From contig CALWTE010000018.1 of the NCBI GenBank assembly GCA_944384375.1, forward strand, positions 726 to 64,725: 64,000 nucleotides of DNA, written 5' to 3'. This document shows, one piece after another, positions 9,185 through 18,677 of the stretch; the stretch's first letter is position 1; each line of letters starts with the position of its first letter. Under the pieces are notes generated by a model. That model saw nothing but the letters and a program-made list of their open reading frames with translations. It made no database searches and had not been told where the DNA came from. Source of the stretch: an uncultured Clostridia bacterium. GTDB lineage: Bacteria > Bacillota > Clostridia > Christensenellales > UBA1242. The position numbers and the translations under genes were made by a program.

Positions 9185-9394
9185 CTACTCATTCAAAGGT
9201 TTCTCCATTAACTTATTTAACTCTTCACGCAGAACAGTTACTTTGCCCTTACTTTCATTTAACAATTCATAGCATTTTTTTGTTAAATCTGCACCTTCTG
9301 CAAAAAGCATATTTACTTCATCTAACTTTGTTTCGCCACTCTCTAATTTTTCTACAATTTCTTGTAATCTTTTGACATTTTCTTCAAAATTCAT
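9185..9394 (-). CDS. xseB: Exodeoxyribonuclease VII small subunit
   Basis: 69-aa helical protein (FEENVKRLQEIVEKLESGE..LDE). 4-nt overlap with xseA. Confidence 0.85.
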   Translation of the reverse strand: MNFEENVKRLQEIVEKLESGETKLDEVNMLFAEGADLTKKCYELLNESKGKVTVLREELNKLMEKPLNE

Positions 9395-10578
9395 TTTCCT
9401 TCTCCTTTCTTTGAATCTACTTTACAATTTAAATTACCATCTATTAATTTTATAGAAATGTCGTCCCCCACTTCTACTTGATTAATACTTGTAACCACTT
9501 TGTCCTTAAATAACGTTTGGCTATAACCTAATTTAAATAATCTAATAGGATTAAGCGATTCTAATTTGTGTGTTAGTAAATCAAAGGCGTGCGCCTTTTC
9601 GTTCCAAATTTTATCTACTGTATTGTTTAAACTAACAGCGTAATTTCTGCAAATATTTGCTTTTTGCTGATAAATATAATCATACTCACTATCAATTTGA
9701 CTATAAAGCGAATTTACATATGTTTGATTTGTGGTATAGAAATTGTCCACTAAACGTATCAATCGCATAGTATTAGCGTCTAATTCTTGCCTTAATTTCA
9801 CTAAATCTGTGGCCACTAGTTCCGCTGCTGCTGACGGTGTGGGAGCTCTCAAATCTGCGACAAAATCAGCAATGGTAAAATCCGTTTCGTGCCCTACTGC
9901 ACTTATAATGGGTTTATTGGCAGATGCTATAACCATTGCCAAACTTTCCGAATTGAATGTGCTTAAATCTTCAGCAGAGCCACCACCACGAGCTATAATA
10001 ATAACATCTACGTTCGTTTTATCTAACTCTTGAATACCTTTTATAATAGTTTCTTCTGCGCCTATACCTTGAACTTTTGCTGGATATAAGACGATATCAA
10101 GCATAGGGTTACGACGCCCCGTAATATCAATTATATCTTGAATTACAGCCCCCGTTTCGCTTGTAACAACCCCTACTCTCTTAATTATCTTTGGCAAAGG
10201 TTTTTTCTTATCTGTGTCAAAAAGCCCTAATTTTTCTAACTTAGCCTTTAATTCTAAAAACTGCTTGTATAGTAGCCCTTGTCCATATGGCTCCATTCTC
10301 ACAACATTAAAAGAAAATCTACCACCTTTAACATAATAATTAGGTGAACCGACCGCTAAAATTTGCTCGCCTTCTTTTGGTATATATCCGTTAGCGTAGC
10401 CAAATTTGACACAGTTTAGGACAGCGCCTTCATCTTTAATGCTAAAGTATAAATTTCCGCCAGAAAAAGACAGTCCTGAGACTTCCCCATAAACTTGAAC
10501 ATTTTGTAGCAATACTTCGGCAACAAATATATTATGTATATATGTATTAAATTGAGTTACAGAAATAATATTACTCAT
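9391..10578 (-). CDS. xseA: Exodeoxyribonuclease VII large subunit
   Basis: N-terminal OB fold (V.GEVS....SGH-like: VYGEVSGLSFSGGNLYFSIKD), catalytic core (RGGGS, GHETD) and a coiled-coil tail. Confidence 0.9.
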   Translation of the reverse strand: MSNIISVTQFNTYIHNIFVAEVLLQNVQVYGEVSGLSFSGGNLYFSIKDEGAVLNCVKFGYANGYIPKEGEQILAVGSPNYYVKGGRFSFNVVRMEPYGQGLLYKQFLELKAKLEKLGLFDTDKKKPLPKIIKRVGVVTSETGAVIQDIIDITGRRNPMLDIVLYPAKVQGIGAEETIIKGIQELDKTNVDVIIIARGGGSAEDLSTFNSESLAMVIASANKPIISAVGHETDFTIADFVADLRAPTPSAAAELVATDLVKLRQELDANTMRLIRLVDNFYTTNQTYVNSLYSQIDSEYDYIYQQKANICRNYAVSLNNTVDKIWNEKAHAFDLLTHKLESLNPIRLFKLGYSQTLFKDKVVTSINQVEVGDDISIKLIDGNLNCKVDSKKGEGK

Positions 10579-10981
10579 TATTTAATCCTTTATAAATCTT
10601 ACTCAAAACGCCGTTTACAAAAGACGCGCTTTTTTCTGTGGAGTATTTTTTCACCAAATTTAAGGCTTCATTTATAGCTACCTTATAAGGCACATCTTCG
10701 CAGTACTTTAATTCATATGTACATAAAAGTAGAGCTACTTTATCCGCTGAAAATAATCTATCATATTTATAGGAGCTTAAATTCTGACTGATTATTTCTT
10801 CTAACTCTTGTTGATGATTAAAAACTCCTACAATAATAGAGTGTATAAATTCCATATCTTGCTCTGAACATTTTTCTCCATCTAAAATATCGGCAAAAAG
10901 AGTCTCATCAAAACCATTATTTAAAAACTGATTTGAAAATAACATTTTGTATGCGATTTCTCGCGCTTGCGACCTATTCAT
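10571..10981 (-). CDS. nusB: Transcription antitermination factor NusB
   Basis: 136 aa starting MNRSQAREIAYKMLF, a NusB-type helical protein. nusB-xseA synteny. Confidence 0.9.
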   Translation of the reverse strand: MNRSQAREIAYKMLFSNQFLNNGFDETLFADILDGEKCSEQDMEFIHSIIVGVFNHQQELEEIISQNLSSYKYDRLFSADKVALLLCTYELKYCEDVPYKVAINEALNLVKKYSTEKSASFVNGVLSKIYKGLNNE

Positions 10982-11008
10982 AATATCTCCTTAATGAATT
11001 AATAAACA

Positions 11009-11038
11009 AGTAAAAACCCCATATATTACGGGGTTTTA
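11009..11038 (-). terminator. Intrinsic terminator after the asp23-family gene
   Basis: AACCCC-GUAAUAUAU-GGGGUU followed by UUUAC. It starts at the stop codon. Confidence 0.65.
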
Positions 11039-11404
11039 ATTAGATTTTACAAAATCTACACCTAATACGTGAACGTTGATGTTTTTAACATTTATTCCAG
11101 TCATTGAAGTTATATTGTTTTTTATGTTCTCTTGCACTCTACATGCAACATCTGAAACGGTATAGTTAGAATAAATATTTACATACACATCTACAACCAC
11201 GCCATCATTTGTATAAGTAATCTTGACACCTTCGTAGTAGTTAGAACTAAACAACTTCCCTAATTTAGAACCACCAAAGTTCGCACATAGGCTAGATACT
11301 CCGCTAATTTCCTTTGCTGCTAAATTCACAATTGATAGCAAAATTGTTTTGTTGAAACTCACTCTACCGCGTTGCCCATTGTTGCTTTGTTGTTCAATAG
11401 CCAT
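11036..11404 (-). CDS. Asp23/Gls24 family (alkaline shock-like) protein
   Basis: 122 aa with the typical Asp23 pattern (ISGVSSL, GVVVDVYV, V..NI...V....TG..V..INV.V). Confidence 0.85.
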   Translation of the reverse strand: MAIEQQSNNGQRGRVSFNKTILLSIVNLAAKEISGVSSLCANFGGSKLGKLFSSNYYEGVKITYTNDGVVVDVYVNIYSNYTVSDVACRVQENIKNNITSMTGINVKNINVHVLGVDFVKSN

Positions 11405-11428
11405 AATTCACCTCAACATTTGTGAATT

Positions 11429-11457
11429 ATTATAACACACCAAACGTCTTAAATCAA
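11429..11457 (-). promoter_or_regulatory. Candidate sigma-A promoter (TTGATT-17-TATAAT) for asp23-nusB-xseAB
   Basis: Hexamers and spacing read on the minus strand directly after the spoIIIAH stop. Confidence 0.55.
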
Positions 11458-11937
11458 CTATTCAATGGGAATTACTTTAACATTATCGATAGATTTACCT
11501 GTTTGTGCATTAACAATTTCGTAAATTTGAGTTACTTGGTCTTCAGTTAACTCGCCTTTAACCATTACGTTTACAAAGTTATCAGTCATAGATACGACTG
11601 CATCTTCAAACCCCCTAGCCTTTATGCCACTCTCAATTTGTAATTCGCTTTCCACAATTGCGGCTAAGTTATTTAATGCAGTTTGAGCAGATTCTTTTGC
11701 TGTTTCGGTACTGCTAGCACTTTCAAGTATTGCTTTATAGTATAATTCTTCCTGAGAACGTGCTGCATCTCTATCCGTCCTATAAGTTGTAAAGAAGTTT
11801 GCACTTGTAATTGTATTCCCGCTTGTATTTATCACATCATCGCCCGCTTGATTTAAAGTTACATTCAAAAATCCAGTTAACACAAGTAACCCCATCATAA
11901 CACTTAAAACAATAATTTTCTTTTTCTTTGTAATCAT
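11458..11937 (-). CDS. spoIIIAH: Stage III sporulation protein AH
   Basis: N-terminal TM followed by a YscJ/FliF-like C-terminal domain. It is the last gene of a colinear spoIIIAA-AH operon. Confidence 0.7.
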   Translation of the reverse strand: MITKKKKIIVLSVMMGLLVLTGFLNVTLNQAGDDVINTSGNTITSANFFTTYRTDRDAARSQEELYYKAILESASSTETAKESAQTALNNLAAIVESELQIESGIKARGFEDAVVSMTDNFVNVMVKGELTEDQVTQIYEIVNAQTGKSIDNVKVIPIE

Positions 11938-11954
11938 TTATAATACTCCTTTTA

Positions 11955-12524
11955 TTATTTTGCAAAAATTTCAATTTGAGAACTTTCTACCGCTAATAAC
12001 GCTTGAACTGCCTTCAAAATATCCAGTTTTACTCGTACATCATTTGCTCCGCTCGCGACAATCACAATACCTTTTATATCAGGCATTATTTGGTACAAGA
12101 TTAGTGGTTCATTAGAGCCATTTACGTTTATAATAATAGGCTCTCTATTTGAATTAGTCGTTTCTGTCTTGTTTGTTGTACCACTAGAAGTAGTGTTTTC
12201 AGTAGAACTATTTCTCTCATCGTCTGAGTAAGCAGGTACTAACTGCACCTCGCCATCTAATGTAACCATACAAGTAACTTCTCCCGCACCGGATATTCTA
12301 GATAACACTTTTTCTAACTTATTCTCCAAATACTCCGCATATTCGGCTGCAGTTGTAGTGGAATTTGGAATACTCGTAGCATCTCCGCTATCATTACTTG
12401 TTGGCCAGAACCAAATTGCCAAAACTAAAATCGCCAAAATTACAACAGCGTAAATTTCAATGTGCTTTACTTTTTTTAATTTTGCAAACCAATCATTTAG
12501 GAAAGAAAAATCCATCTTAGCCAT
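11955..12524 (-). CDS. spoIIIAG: Stage III sporulation protein AG
   Basis: TM anchor, low-complexity linker and a conserved C-terminal ring-forming domain (IKGIVIVASGANDVRVK). Operon position. Confidence 0.75.
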   Translation of the reverse strand: MAKMDFSFLNDWFAKLKKVKHIEIYAVVILAILVLAIWFWPTSNDSGDATSIPNSTTTAAEYAEYLENKLEKVLSRISGAGEVTCMVTLDGEVQLVPAYSDDERNSSTENTTSSGTTNKTETTNSNREPIIINVNGSNEPLILYQIMPDIKGIVIVASGANDVRVKLDILKAVQALLAVESSQIEIFAK

Positions 12525-13005
12525 AAATTATAATCTTATCCCCCTCTATGTTAATTTGCTGTGTAATCAACTCCTTTATCTTGGTATAATAATCTATATG
12601 CTCCAAATTTTCATTTATAACTAAATCGCATAAATTGACATAAATATAGCTTATTTTTAACTCATTTTCAGTAAAATTTGCATTTACCATAACTTCCACC
12701 CCTTCAAAACCTTGCTCAGTTAAATAATTTGTAATTTCGTCTTCTAGTACTTTTATGTTTTGTTGGTTTATATTATTTAAAATATTTTCGTCTATTTGAT
12801 ATTCACTACCCACAAATAATGAATGCCAATCCCAATTAGAGTTTACTAGTTTTACTATAGGGCTTGCAATTACCGCAACCACAAAAACTGCTGCTATACT
12901 TTTTATATATTTGCTGATTTTGCTGTCTGGTAAAATTAAATCTATAATAACTAGTAGAAATACAACACCTACAATACTCAATAAATATGCACTTATACCA
13001 CTCAT
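12517..13005 (-). CDS. spoIIIAF: Stage III sporulation protein AF
   Basis: Two N-terminal TM segments plus a soluble domain. Operon position. Confidence 0.7.
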   Translation of the reverse strand: MSGISAYLLSIVGVVFLLVIIDLILPDSKISKYIKSIAAVFVVAVIASPIVKLVNSNWDWHSLFVGSEYQIDENILNNINQQNIKVLEDEITNYLTEQGFEGVEVMVNANFTENELKISYIYVNLCDLVINENLEHIDYYTKIKELITQQINIEGDKIIIYG

Positions 13006-13015
13006 ATTTCACCTA

Positions 13016-14215
13016 CTAACCAACGTTTGCAGTACATAAAAGCAACCCTACACTTACTATATACATAAAGCCTACACCTGCAATTATCACAAGTAACATA
13101 TTAAGCAGTTTTGACACAGCCATTAGAAAATCTGGCACGCGAGATTTTGTCATAGGCTCTAGGATAGATGCTGTTAATTTTAAACCTAAACTAAACACCG
13201 CAATTTGCACTATAGGATATAAAATCGTACCAAATGCTAGTATTACTCCCGCCATACCGACTGCATTTTTTATTAAAATACTACTTGCCATTACCACATT
13301 AAAACCATCAGACAAATAGCCACCTAATATAGGGATATAACTTTTTAAGGCAAATTTTGTAGCTCTTATGGAAACGCTATCAAAACTACCTGCGACAATA
13401 CCTTGAATAACAATAGCGCCCATAAAGATACTGAAACATATGCCCGCTACCCATTTAAAAATGCTATAAAACAATGCATTAAACTTATTTAGTTTTACTG
13501 AATCTGTAATATGCCCTACCACAATAAACACAAAGGAGAAAATAAACAAAGGAATTAAAAACATTGTAAATATGGATACGGTTAGGTTGCTTAAAATGGC
13601 GAGCGTGGGTTGAAACACCCCAACAGAAACAGCACCACCTACACTTGCGAGTAGTGTTAACAGTATAGGGAACAAAATGTCCATTTGTGTTTTTAAAGAA
13701 TTTACTGTACTAGATACGCTATTCAATATGGAAAATACACTAGCTGTGATTAGCACAATTACCACACCATAACACACAAAGTCTATGATTTTACCTATGG
13801 AGCCTGAGTCTGTGTCCGAACGGATATTCCCTATTAGGCTACACAGCATCGTTACTGCAATTATAATACAAAGCAAAGGTATAAAGTTTACCAATTCACC
13901 AAAGAAGCAGTCAAAAAACGCACCTATAAACGTAGAAAAGTCGCCACCGAAATCGCCATTTAGTAAATTCGTTACTTTATCCCAAAAACTAGTAGAATTA
14001 AATATTTCTTGTGCGGTTGAGTCTAAATTGCCAATTATTTCGTCAAATTCAGTTAAATCTATATTGCCTAATTGTTCATAAACAGAATCTTCTAATTCAT
14101 TTTGTAAATCTTGAGAATTTGTGTCAGTACAATACACAGTTGGGATAATCAGTAGGGCTAGTCCACTTAGCAAAATTGCAAAAAATACTAATTTAGAAAT
14201 TTTTATTTTTATCAT
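13016..14215 (-). CDS. spoIIIAE: Stage III sporulation protein AE
   Basis: 399 aa with a signal/anchor, a soluble N-terminal region and then about 7 TM segments. Operon position. Confidence 0.85.
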   Translation of the reverse strand: MIKIKISKLVFFAILLSGLALLIIPTVYCTDTNSQDLQNELEDSVYEQLGNIDLTEFDEIIGNLDSTAQEIFNSTSFWDKVTNLLNGDFGGDFSTFIGAFFDCFFGELVNFIPLLCIIIAVTMLCSLIGNIRSDTDSGSIGKIIDFVCYGVVIVLITASVFSILNSVSSTVNSLKTQMDILFPILLTLLASVGGAVSVGVFQPTLAILSNLTVSIFTMFLIPLFIFSFVFIVVGHITDSVKLNKFNALFYSIFKWVAGICFSIFMGAIVIQGIVAGSFDSVSIRATKFALKSYIPILGGYLSDGFNVVMASSILIKNAVGMAGVILAFGTILYPIVQIAVFSLGLKLTASILEPMTKSRVPDFLMAVSKLLNMLLVIIAGVGFMYIVSVGLLLCTANVG

Positions 14216-14601
14216 GGCATTATACCTACAATAATATCAATTAATGATTTTATAATAGGAATAGCCAACACAAATATAACTAGTTTCCCTGCGAGTAAAA
14301 TTTTACTAGCAATGGCAGAATTTCCGCTATCGGCACAGATATTTGCACTAAATTCAGTCAAATACCCCACACCTACAATTTTTAATAAAATAATAAATAA
14401 TTCACTGTCTAAATTAGTACTTTCTAAAACATAACTAAAAATGCCAAAGACTTGCTCTAATAAATCAATTATGTAAAAAAATAACAAAACCGAGCCAGCG
14501 ACACCGACTAGCATTGCCAGTTCGGGCTTCGTTTGTTTTACAACAATTACCGCTACTGTAATTATAAGAGCCAAGCCGATTATTTTGAAAATAACTTCCA
14601 C
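14212..14601 (-). CDS. spoIIIAD: Stage III sporulation protein AD
   Basis: 129-aa 4-TM protein. 4-nt overlap with spoIIIAE. Operon position. Confidence 0.85.
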   Translation of the reverse strand: MEVIFKIIGLALIITVAVIVVKQTKPELAMLVGVAGSVLLFFYIIDLLEQVFGIFSYVLESTNLDSELFIILLKIVGVGYLTEFSANICADSGNSAIASKILLAGKLVIFVLAIPIIKSLIDIIVGIMP

Positions 14602-14610
14602 ATATTACCC

Positions 14611-14808
14611 CTAATAGAGATTAAATAGATTTTGTACACTACTAAATAATTCGCTTATCATATCAATAATCATAAATAAAACCACAATTAACCCAGCAAG
14701 TGTCGTCAAAGTCGCTATTTCGTCTTTTCCCGCTTGTTTTAGAACCTGTGCTATAATTGCTACCACTATACCTATAGCCGCAATTTTGAAAACAATTTCA
14801 ATTCCCAT
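14611..14808 (-). CDS. spoIIIAC: Stage III sporulation protein AC
   Basis: 65-aa 2-TM protein. Operon position. Confidence 0.85.
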   Translation of the reverse strand: MGIEIVFKIAAIGIVVAIIAQVLKQAGKDEIATLTTLAGLIVVLFMIIDMISELFSSVQNLFNLY

Positions 14809-14817
14809 TTTTTACCC

Positions 14818-15309
14818 CTAAATCACTATTATAAAAAGCGCTAAGCCTGCCATTAATCCCAGTTGCGTACTTAACTTGCCTTTTTTCGTATGTGTTTCAT
14901 TTGCTTTATTTACAAAATTAATTAATGATGCTTTGGTTTGTTTTATAGACTCTAACTGCGTTTCGCAATCTAATCTACCTAATTGTTCAAAAAATTTTAC
15001 AAAAATGACAACTTCTTCATCGTTTAATATCTTTTGTTCTTTGCTCCACTTTTGTAAAAAAGGTTGTATATTTTCTATATTTTCACTTAAACTTGCTAAA
15101 AACTGATTAAAGTCTTTGTTATATACAGTTTGACGATTTAACAAAACTTGTTTTAAGGAATCTTGTACAAAATTGAAATTTGTTTCCAAATATTCTAAAA
15201 ACATATGGAAATCTGCCAAAAACAAGTATCTGCGTTTATAACCACGTGAAAAGCCCATTCCTACTAAGATACCTGCAACAAGTAAAATTGCGCCTAATAA
15301 TATGTTCAT
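14818..15309 (-). CDS. spoIIIAB: Stage III sporulation protein AB
   Basis: 163 aa with TM segments at both ends around a helical cytoplasmic domain (GspF-like). Operon position. Confidence 0.75.
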   Translation of the reverse strand: MNILLGAILLVAGILVGMGFSRGYKRRYLFLADFHMFLEYLETNFNFVQDSLKQVLLNRQTVYNKDFNQFLASLSENIENIQPFLQKWSKEQKILNDEEVVIFVKFFEQLGRLDCETQLESIKQTKASLINFVNKANETHTKKGKLSTQLGLMAGLALFIIVI

Positions 15310-15312
15310 TAT

Positions 15313-16230
15313 TTAACTCCCGCAATATAAACAATTTTCATGACTATCCCAAACGCCTTCAATAGTGCCAGCGCCTTTCCTTTCTGATAATACGACAAAC
15401 CTATCAAAGATTTTTTCTTTTAGCACTTCTCTAAACGCAAATTTAGAATGTAAATCTTCTAAATCTTTTGAATGAGTGGTTGCAACAAACTTTACCCCTG
15501 CACCCACCACACTTTTAAGTGCTAACACATCTCGTTCGTTAACAATCTCGTCTAAAAATATTACATCTGGACTCATTGTCCTAATGCCATTAGTTATACC
15601 AAAATGTTTACTGCAACCGCTATATACATCTACAAATTCTCCTACATACAGAGTAGGTTTGCCATTTGAATTTGCGCAAATTTCATTTCTTTCATCTACT
15701 ATTAAAATGTTTTTTGCAATAAATTTATCAGATAACAAAGTGGCAAAGTCACGTAAAAATGTAGTTTTGCCCGCTCCTGGCGGTGCTATAATTAACGTAT
15801 TCATAGCACCAAATTCATTATGCAAATATGGTAAAACGTTAAGGCTACAGTTTTTAACTAGATGCGGAATTCTAATATTTACAGAACTAAAATTTTTAAT
15901 TGTTTTTACTGTATCTTTATCAAGCACCACTTCCCCGCAAATACCTATTCTTACACCATTATTAAGCGTAATATAGCCTTGTTTTAACTCTTCGTTATGC
16001 GCATAAATACTGCATTCACAAGCCTTAAAAATAATATCGGATAACTCTTTTTCATTAATAATTAAAGCATCATTTTTGTCATTTGCTAGACCATTTTCAC
16101 CCAAATAAAATCTTCCACCATAATTTATAACGGTGTGTGAATTCACTCTAAGCCGAATTTCAGATAACTTGTCCACATTTAAAAAATCTAAAGAATGTGA
16201 AAACCTATTTGGCAAAATGTTTGATAACAT
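15313..16230 (-). CDS. spoIIIAA: Stage III sporulation protein AA (secretion-type ATPase)
   Basis: Walker A PPGAGKTT and Walker B VIFLDE. It is the first gene of the operon. Confidence 0.85.
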   Translation of the reverse strand: MLSNILPNRFSHSLDFLNVDKLSEIRLRVNSHTVINYGGRFYLGENGLANDKNDALIINEKELSDIIFKACECSIYAHNEELKQGYITLNNGVRIGICGEVVLDKDTVKTIKNFSSVNIRIPHLVKNCSLNVLPYLHNEFGAMNTLIIAPPGAGKTTFLRDFATLLSDKFIAKNILIVDERNEICANSNGKPTLYVGEFVDVYSGCSKHFGITNGIRTMSPDVIFLDEIVNERDVLALKSVVGAGVKFVATTHSKDLEDLHSKFAFREVLKEKIFDRFVVLSERKGAGTIEGVWDSHENCLYCGS

Positions 16231-16278
16231 AGCACCCCCTTGCCAAATATTCTATTATGTAAAGCCTTGTTTTATGAT

Positions 16279-16315
16279 AAAATAAAAAAAGTTGCTAAAC
16301 TTGTTAACAACTTTT
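16279..16315 (-). terminator. Intrinsic terminator after efp
   Basis: AAGUUGUUAA-CAAGU-UUAGCAACUU followed by UUUUUUAUUUU. Confidence 0.65.
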
Positions 16316-16339
16316 AAAATGAAATATAAAATTAGAATT

Positions 16340-16897
16340 TTATGCTCTTTCTACATACTCGCCTGTACGAGTATCAATTTTAATTTTTTCGCCATTACCG
16401 ATAAATAGCGGAACTTGTACAACAAGGCCTGTTTCCATAGTGGCAGGTTTAAATGAAGTCTTTGTTGTGTCGCCTTGAATAGCAGGCTCGGTGTCTTTAA
16501 CTTCCAAAACTACAAATAAAGGTGGCACAATTGAGAACACCTGGTCCTTAAAGAAACGCACAATTACGTTTGTATTCTCTAACATATAAGGCAAACATTC
16601 TTCTACTAAACTCTTGTTGTAAGGGGTTTGCTCAAATGTCTCAGGGTCCATAAAGTAGTATAAATCGCCATCGTTGTATAGATAAGTCATTTCTTTTTCT
16701 ACAAATTGAACCTTTTCAAACTTGTCTGTTGGGTTGAATGTATTTTCTACATTAGCACCTGTTTGTACATTACGCATTTTTATCCAAACTACGGCACCGC
16801 CACGACCATGTTTATTGTGTTGAAAGTCAAGAACGGTCATAATTTGTCCATTCCATTCAAAACACATACCTTTTCTTAATTCTGATGCTGAAATCAT
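16340..16897 (-). CDS. efp: Translation elongation factor P
   Basis: 185 aa starting MISASELRKGM, with the KPG-loop region HNKHGRGGA. Confidence 0.95.
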   Translation of the reverse strand: MISASELRKGMCFEWNGQIMTVLDFQHNKHGRGGAVVWIKMRNVQTGANVENTFNPTDKFEKVQFVEKEMTYLYNDGDLYYFMDPETFEQTPYNKSLVEECLPYMLENTNVIVRFFKDQVFSIVPPLFVVLEVKDTEPAIQGDTTKTSFKPATMETGLVVQVPLFIGNGEKIKIDTRTGEYVERA

Positions 16898-16971
16898 ATT
16901 TTTTCTCCTTAATTTAATAGAATAATAACTAAAAATATTATATAACTTTCTTTATAAAAAATCAACTAATT

Positions 16972-17823
16972 TTAGTCAATACGACTATAATAGTAATCTC
17001 TCATTGTTTTTGCATCGGGCGCTTGCGTACCAGACGATTCGCTGATAACCACAGGCTCTAACTTTAAATCAATAATTGCATCTATCATAGGCTCGTAATC
17101 TGGGCCAAACTCTGTATCTTCAAAAGTTAAATGTTTTATCTCACCCTTTGCACCATACATAATTTTTGAAAAGTGGATATGTAAATCTTTCATTTTTTCG
17201 TAACCGAGTTTATCAATACCCTTTTGCAAAATGTGTTTAAAGTCTTCCTTTGTCTTTAAAGCGCCTTGAAGTACGCAATTTATATGACCAAAGTCTAGTG
17301 TAGGAATTAGGCAATCGTCCCAACTGCAAATTTCAAACATTTCGTCATATGTGCCGATTTGCGTGTATTTCCCCATTGCTTCGGGACACAAGATTAAGTC
17401 AGCATATTCGCCTTGCCTTTTTTCTTTTAAAAAGTCAGTAAAATTTTGCTTGATATTGCTTAAGGCTTCAACTCTAGTAAATTTCATTTGTGAACCGATA
17501 TGTACGACACAATGTCTTCCACCTAACTCTTTTAAATTTTTTAGACTGCCTAACAAAAATTTAAAATTGTTTTCATAAGCGACATCACTCATATTTACAA
17601 AATTTATATAATATGGCGCGTGAACGCTTACTTCCACGTCGTTTTTCTTTGCTTCTTCTGCAATTTTGGTGGCAGTTTCAGTACTCAAAAACTGACCTAG
17701 TCCAAAAGAATATTCAAAGGCATTCAAATTTAAACTTTTTAACCATGCTGGCTCTTGCCATGTTTGTTTGTTGCCCGCTTCATAAAATGCTTCACAATTA
17801 CCAGAAGGCCCAAATCTAATCAT
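16972..17823 (-). CDS. Endonuclease IV-like / xylose-isomerase-like TIM-barrel protein
   Basis: Starts MIRFGPSG and contains HAPYYINF and HIG.. motifs typical of the Endo IV family. I prefer the ATG at 17823 (GAGG RBS upstream). The track start at 17844 would overlap truB. Confidence 0.7.
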   Translation of the reverse strand: MIRFGPSGNCEAFYEAGNKQTWQEPAWLKSLNLNAFEYSFGLGQFLSTETATKIAEEAKKNDVEVSVHAPYYINFVNMSDVAYENNFKFLLGSLKNLKELGGRHCVVHIGSQMKFTRVEALSNIKQNFTDFLKEKRQGEYADLILCPEAMGKYTQIGTYDEMFEICSWDDCLIPTLDFGHINCVLQGALKTKEDFKHILQKGIDKLGYEKMKDLHIHFSKIMYGAKGEIKHLTFEDTEFGPDYEPMIDAIIDLKLEPVVISESSGTQAPDAKTMRDYYYSRID

Positions 17824-17831
17824 TTTTGTCC

Positions 17832-18677
17832 TCACTTTAACCAAATTTTTATCTTAATGTTATGATTTTTATCTACTATTGCGATTCCTATTAATTCGCC
17901 ACAATATACTTTGTATTCGCCCGCCTTTAACTCACACTTTTTTAAAGGCTTGCCGTCTAGTAATGTCTTTTGCTCGTCTTCCATTACATTAAAACTAGGC
18001 AAATTTGCTAAAACGTACTCACAAGGTAGGACTTGCTCTATTGAAATATTATTTAAATCAACGGCATTTTCTATCTCAAAAACGCCAGTTTTTGTCCTAA
18101 CTAAACTTGTCATAGTGGCAAAAGTGCCTAATTTATGTGCTAAATCTCTGCAAAGGCTACGGATATATGTTCCGCTACCGCAAGTTATTTTAAATTTAAA
18201 AGTATTGTCCGTCCTACTTAAAAAGGTAAATTCATAAACAACAACTTTACACGGTGTCAAATTTACAGGCTTGTTGTTTCGTGCTAAGTTATATGCGCGC
18301 ACTCCATTAATTGATTTTGCGCTAAAGACTGGTGGCATTTGCTCTATTTCGCCACAAAAGTCCTGTAAGGCATTAATAACTGACGCTTCATCGGGAATTT
18401 TACCATTTTGAAAGCAAACTTCACCTTCACTATCTAAAGTGTTCGTTTCATAACCAAAAGTGAATTCTGCAATATAGGTTTTTTGTTTTGAAAGCATAAA
18501 ATCAAATAGTCTAGTTGCCCTACCTATTGCAACTGGCAATACCCCACTAGCCATAGGGTCTAGTGTGCCTGTATGCCCCACTTTTTCATTTTTTAAATTT
18601 AATTTTCGCTTTACTATTGCTACCGCTTGCGCACTTGTAATGCCACTAGGTTTGTTTAAGTTTAAAAAACCCTTCAT
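17832..18677 (-). CDS. truB: tRNA pseudouridine-55 synthase TruB
   Basis: GHTGTLDPMASGVLPV catalytic-Asp motif and a C-terminal PUA-like region. Confidence 0.9.
   Translation of the reverse strand: MKGFLNLNKPSGITSAQAVAIVKRKLNLKNEKVGHTGTLDPMASGVLPVAIGRATRLFDFMLSKQKTYIAEFTFGYETNTLDSEGEVCFQNGKIPDEASVINALQDFCGEIEQMPPVFSAKSINGVRAYNLARNNKPVNLTPCKVVVYEFTFLSRTDNTFKFKITCGSGTYIRSLCRDLAHKLGTFATMTSLVRTKTGVFEIENAVDLNNISIEQVLPCEYVLANLPSFNVMEDEQKTLLDGKPLKKCELKAGEYKVYCGELIGIAIVDKNHNIKIKIWLK

Noticed and set aside
16231-16290. Sigma-E-type promoter upstream of spoIIIAA (TCATAAA ... CATAATA)
   Set aside because: The elements resemble the -35 ATA and -10 CATA-type motifs, but the spacing I count (about 11 nt between blocks) is shorter than the accepted geometry. 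This cannot be supported without a PWM scan.
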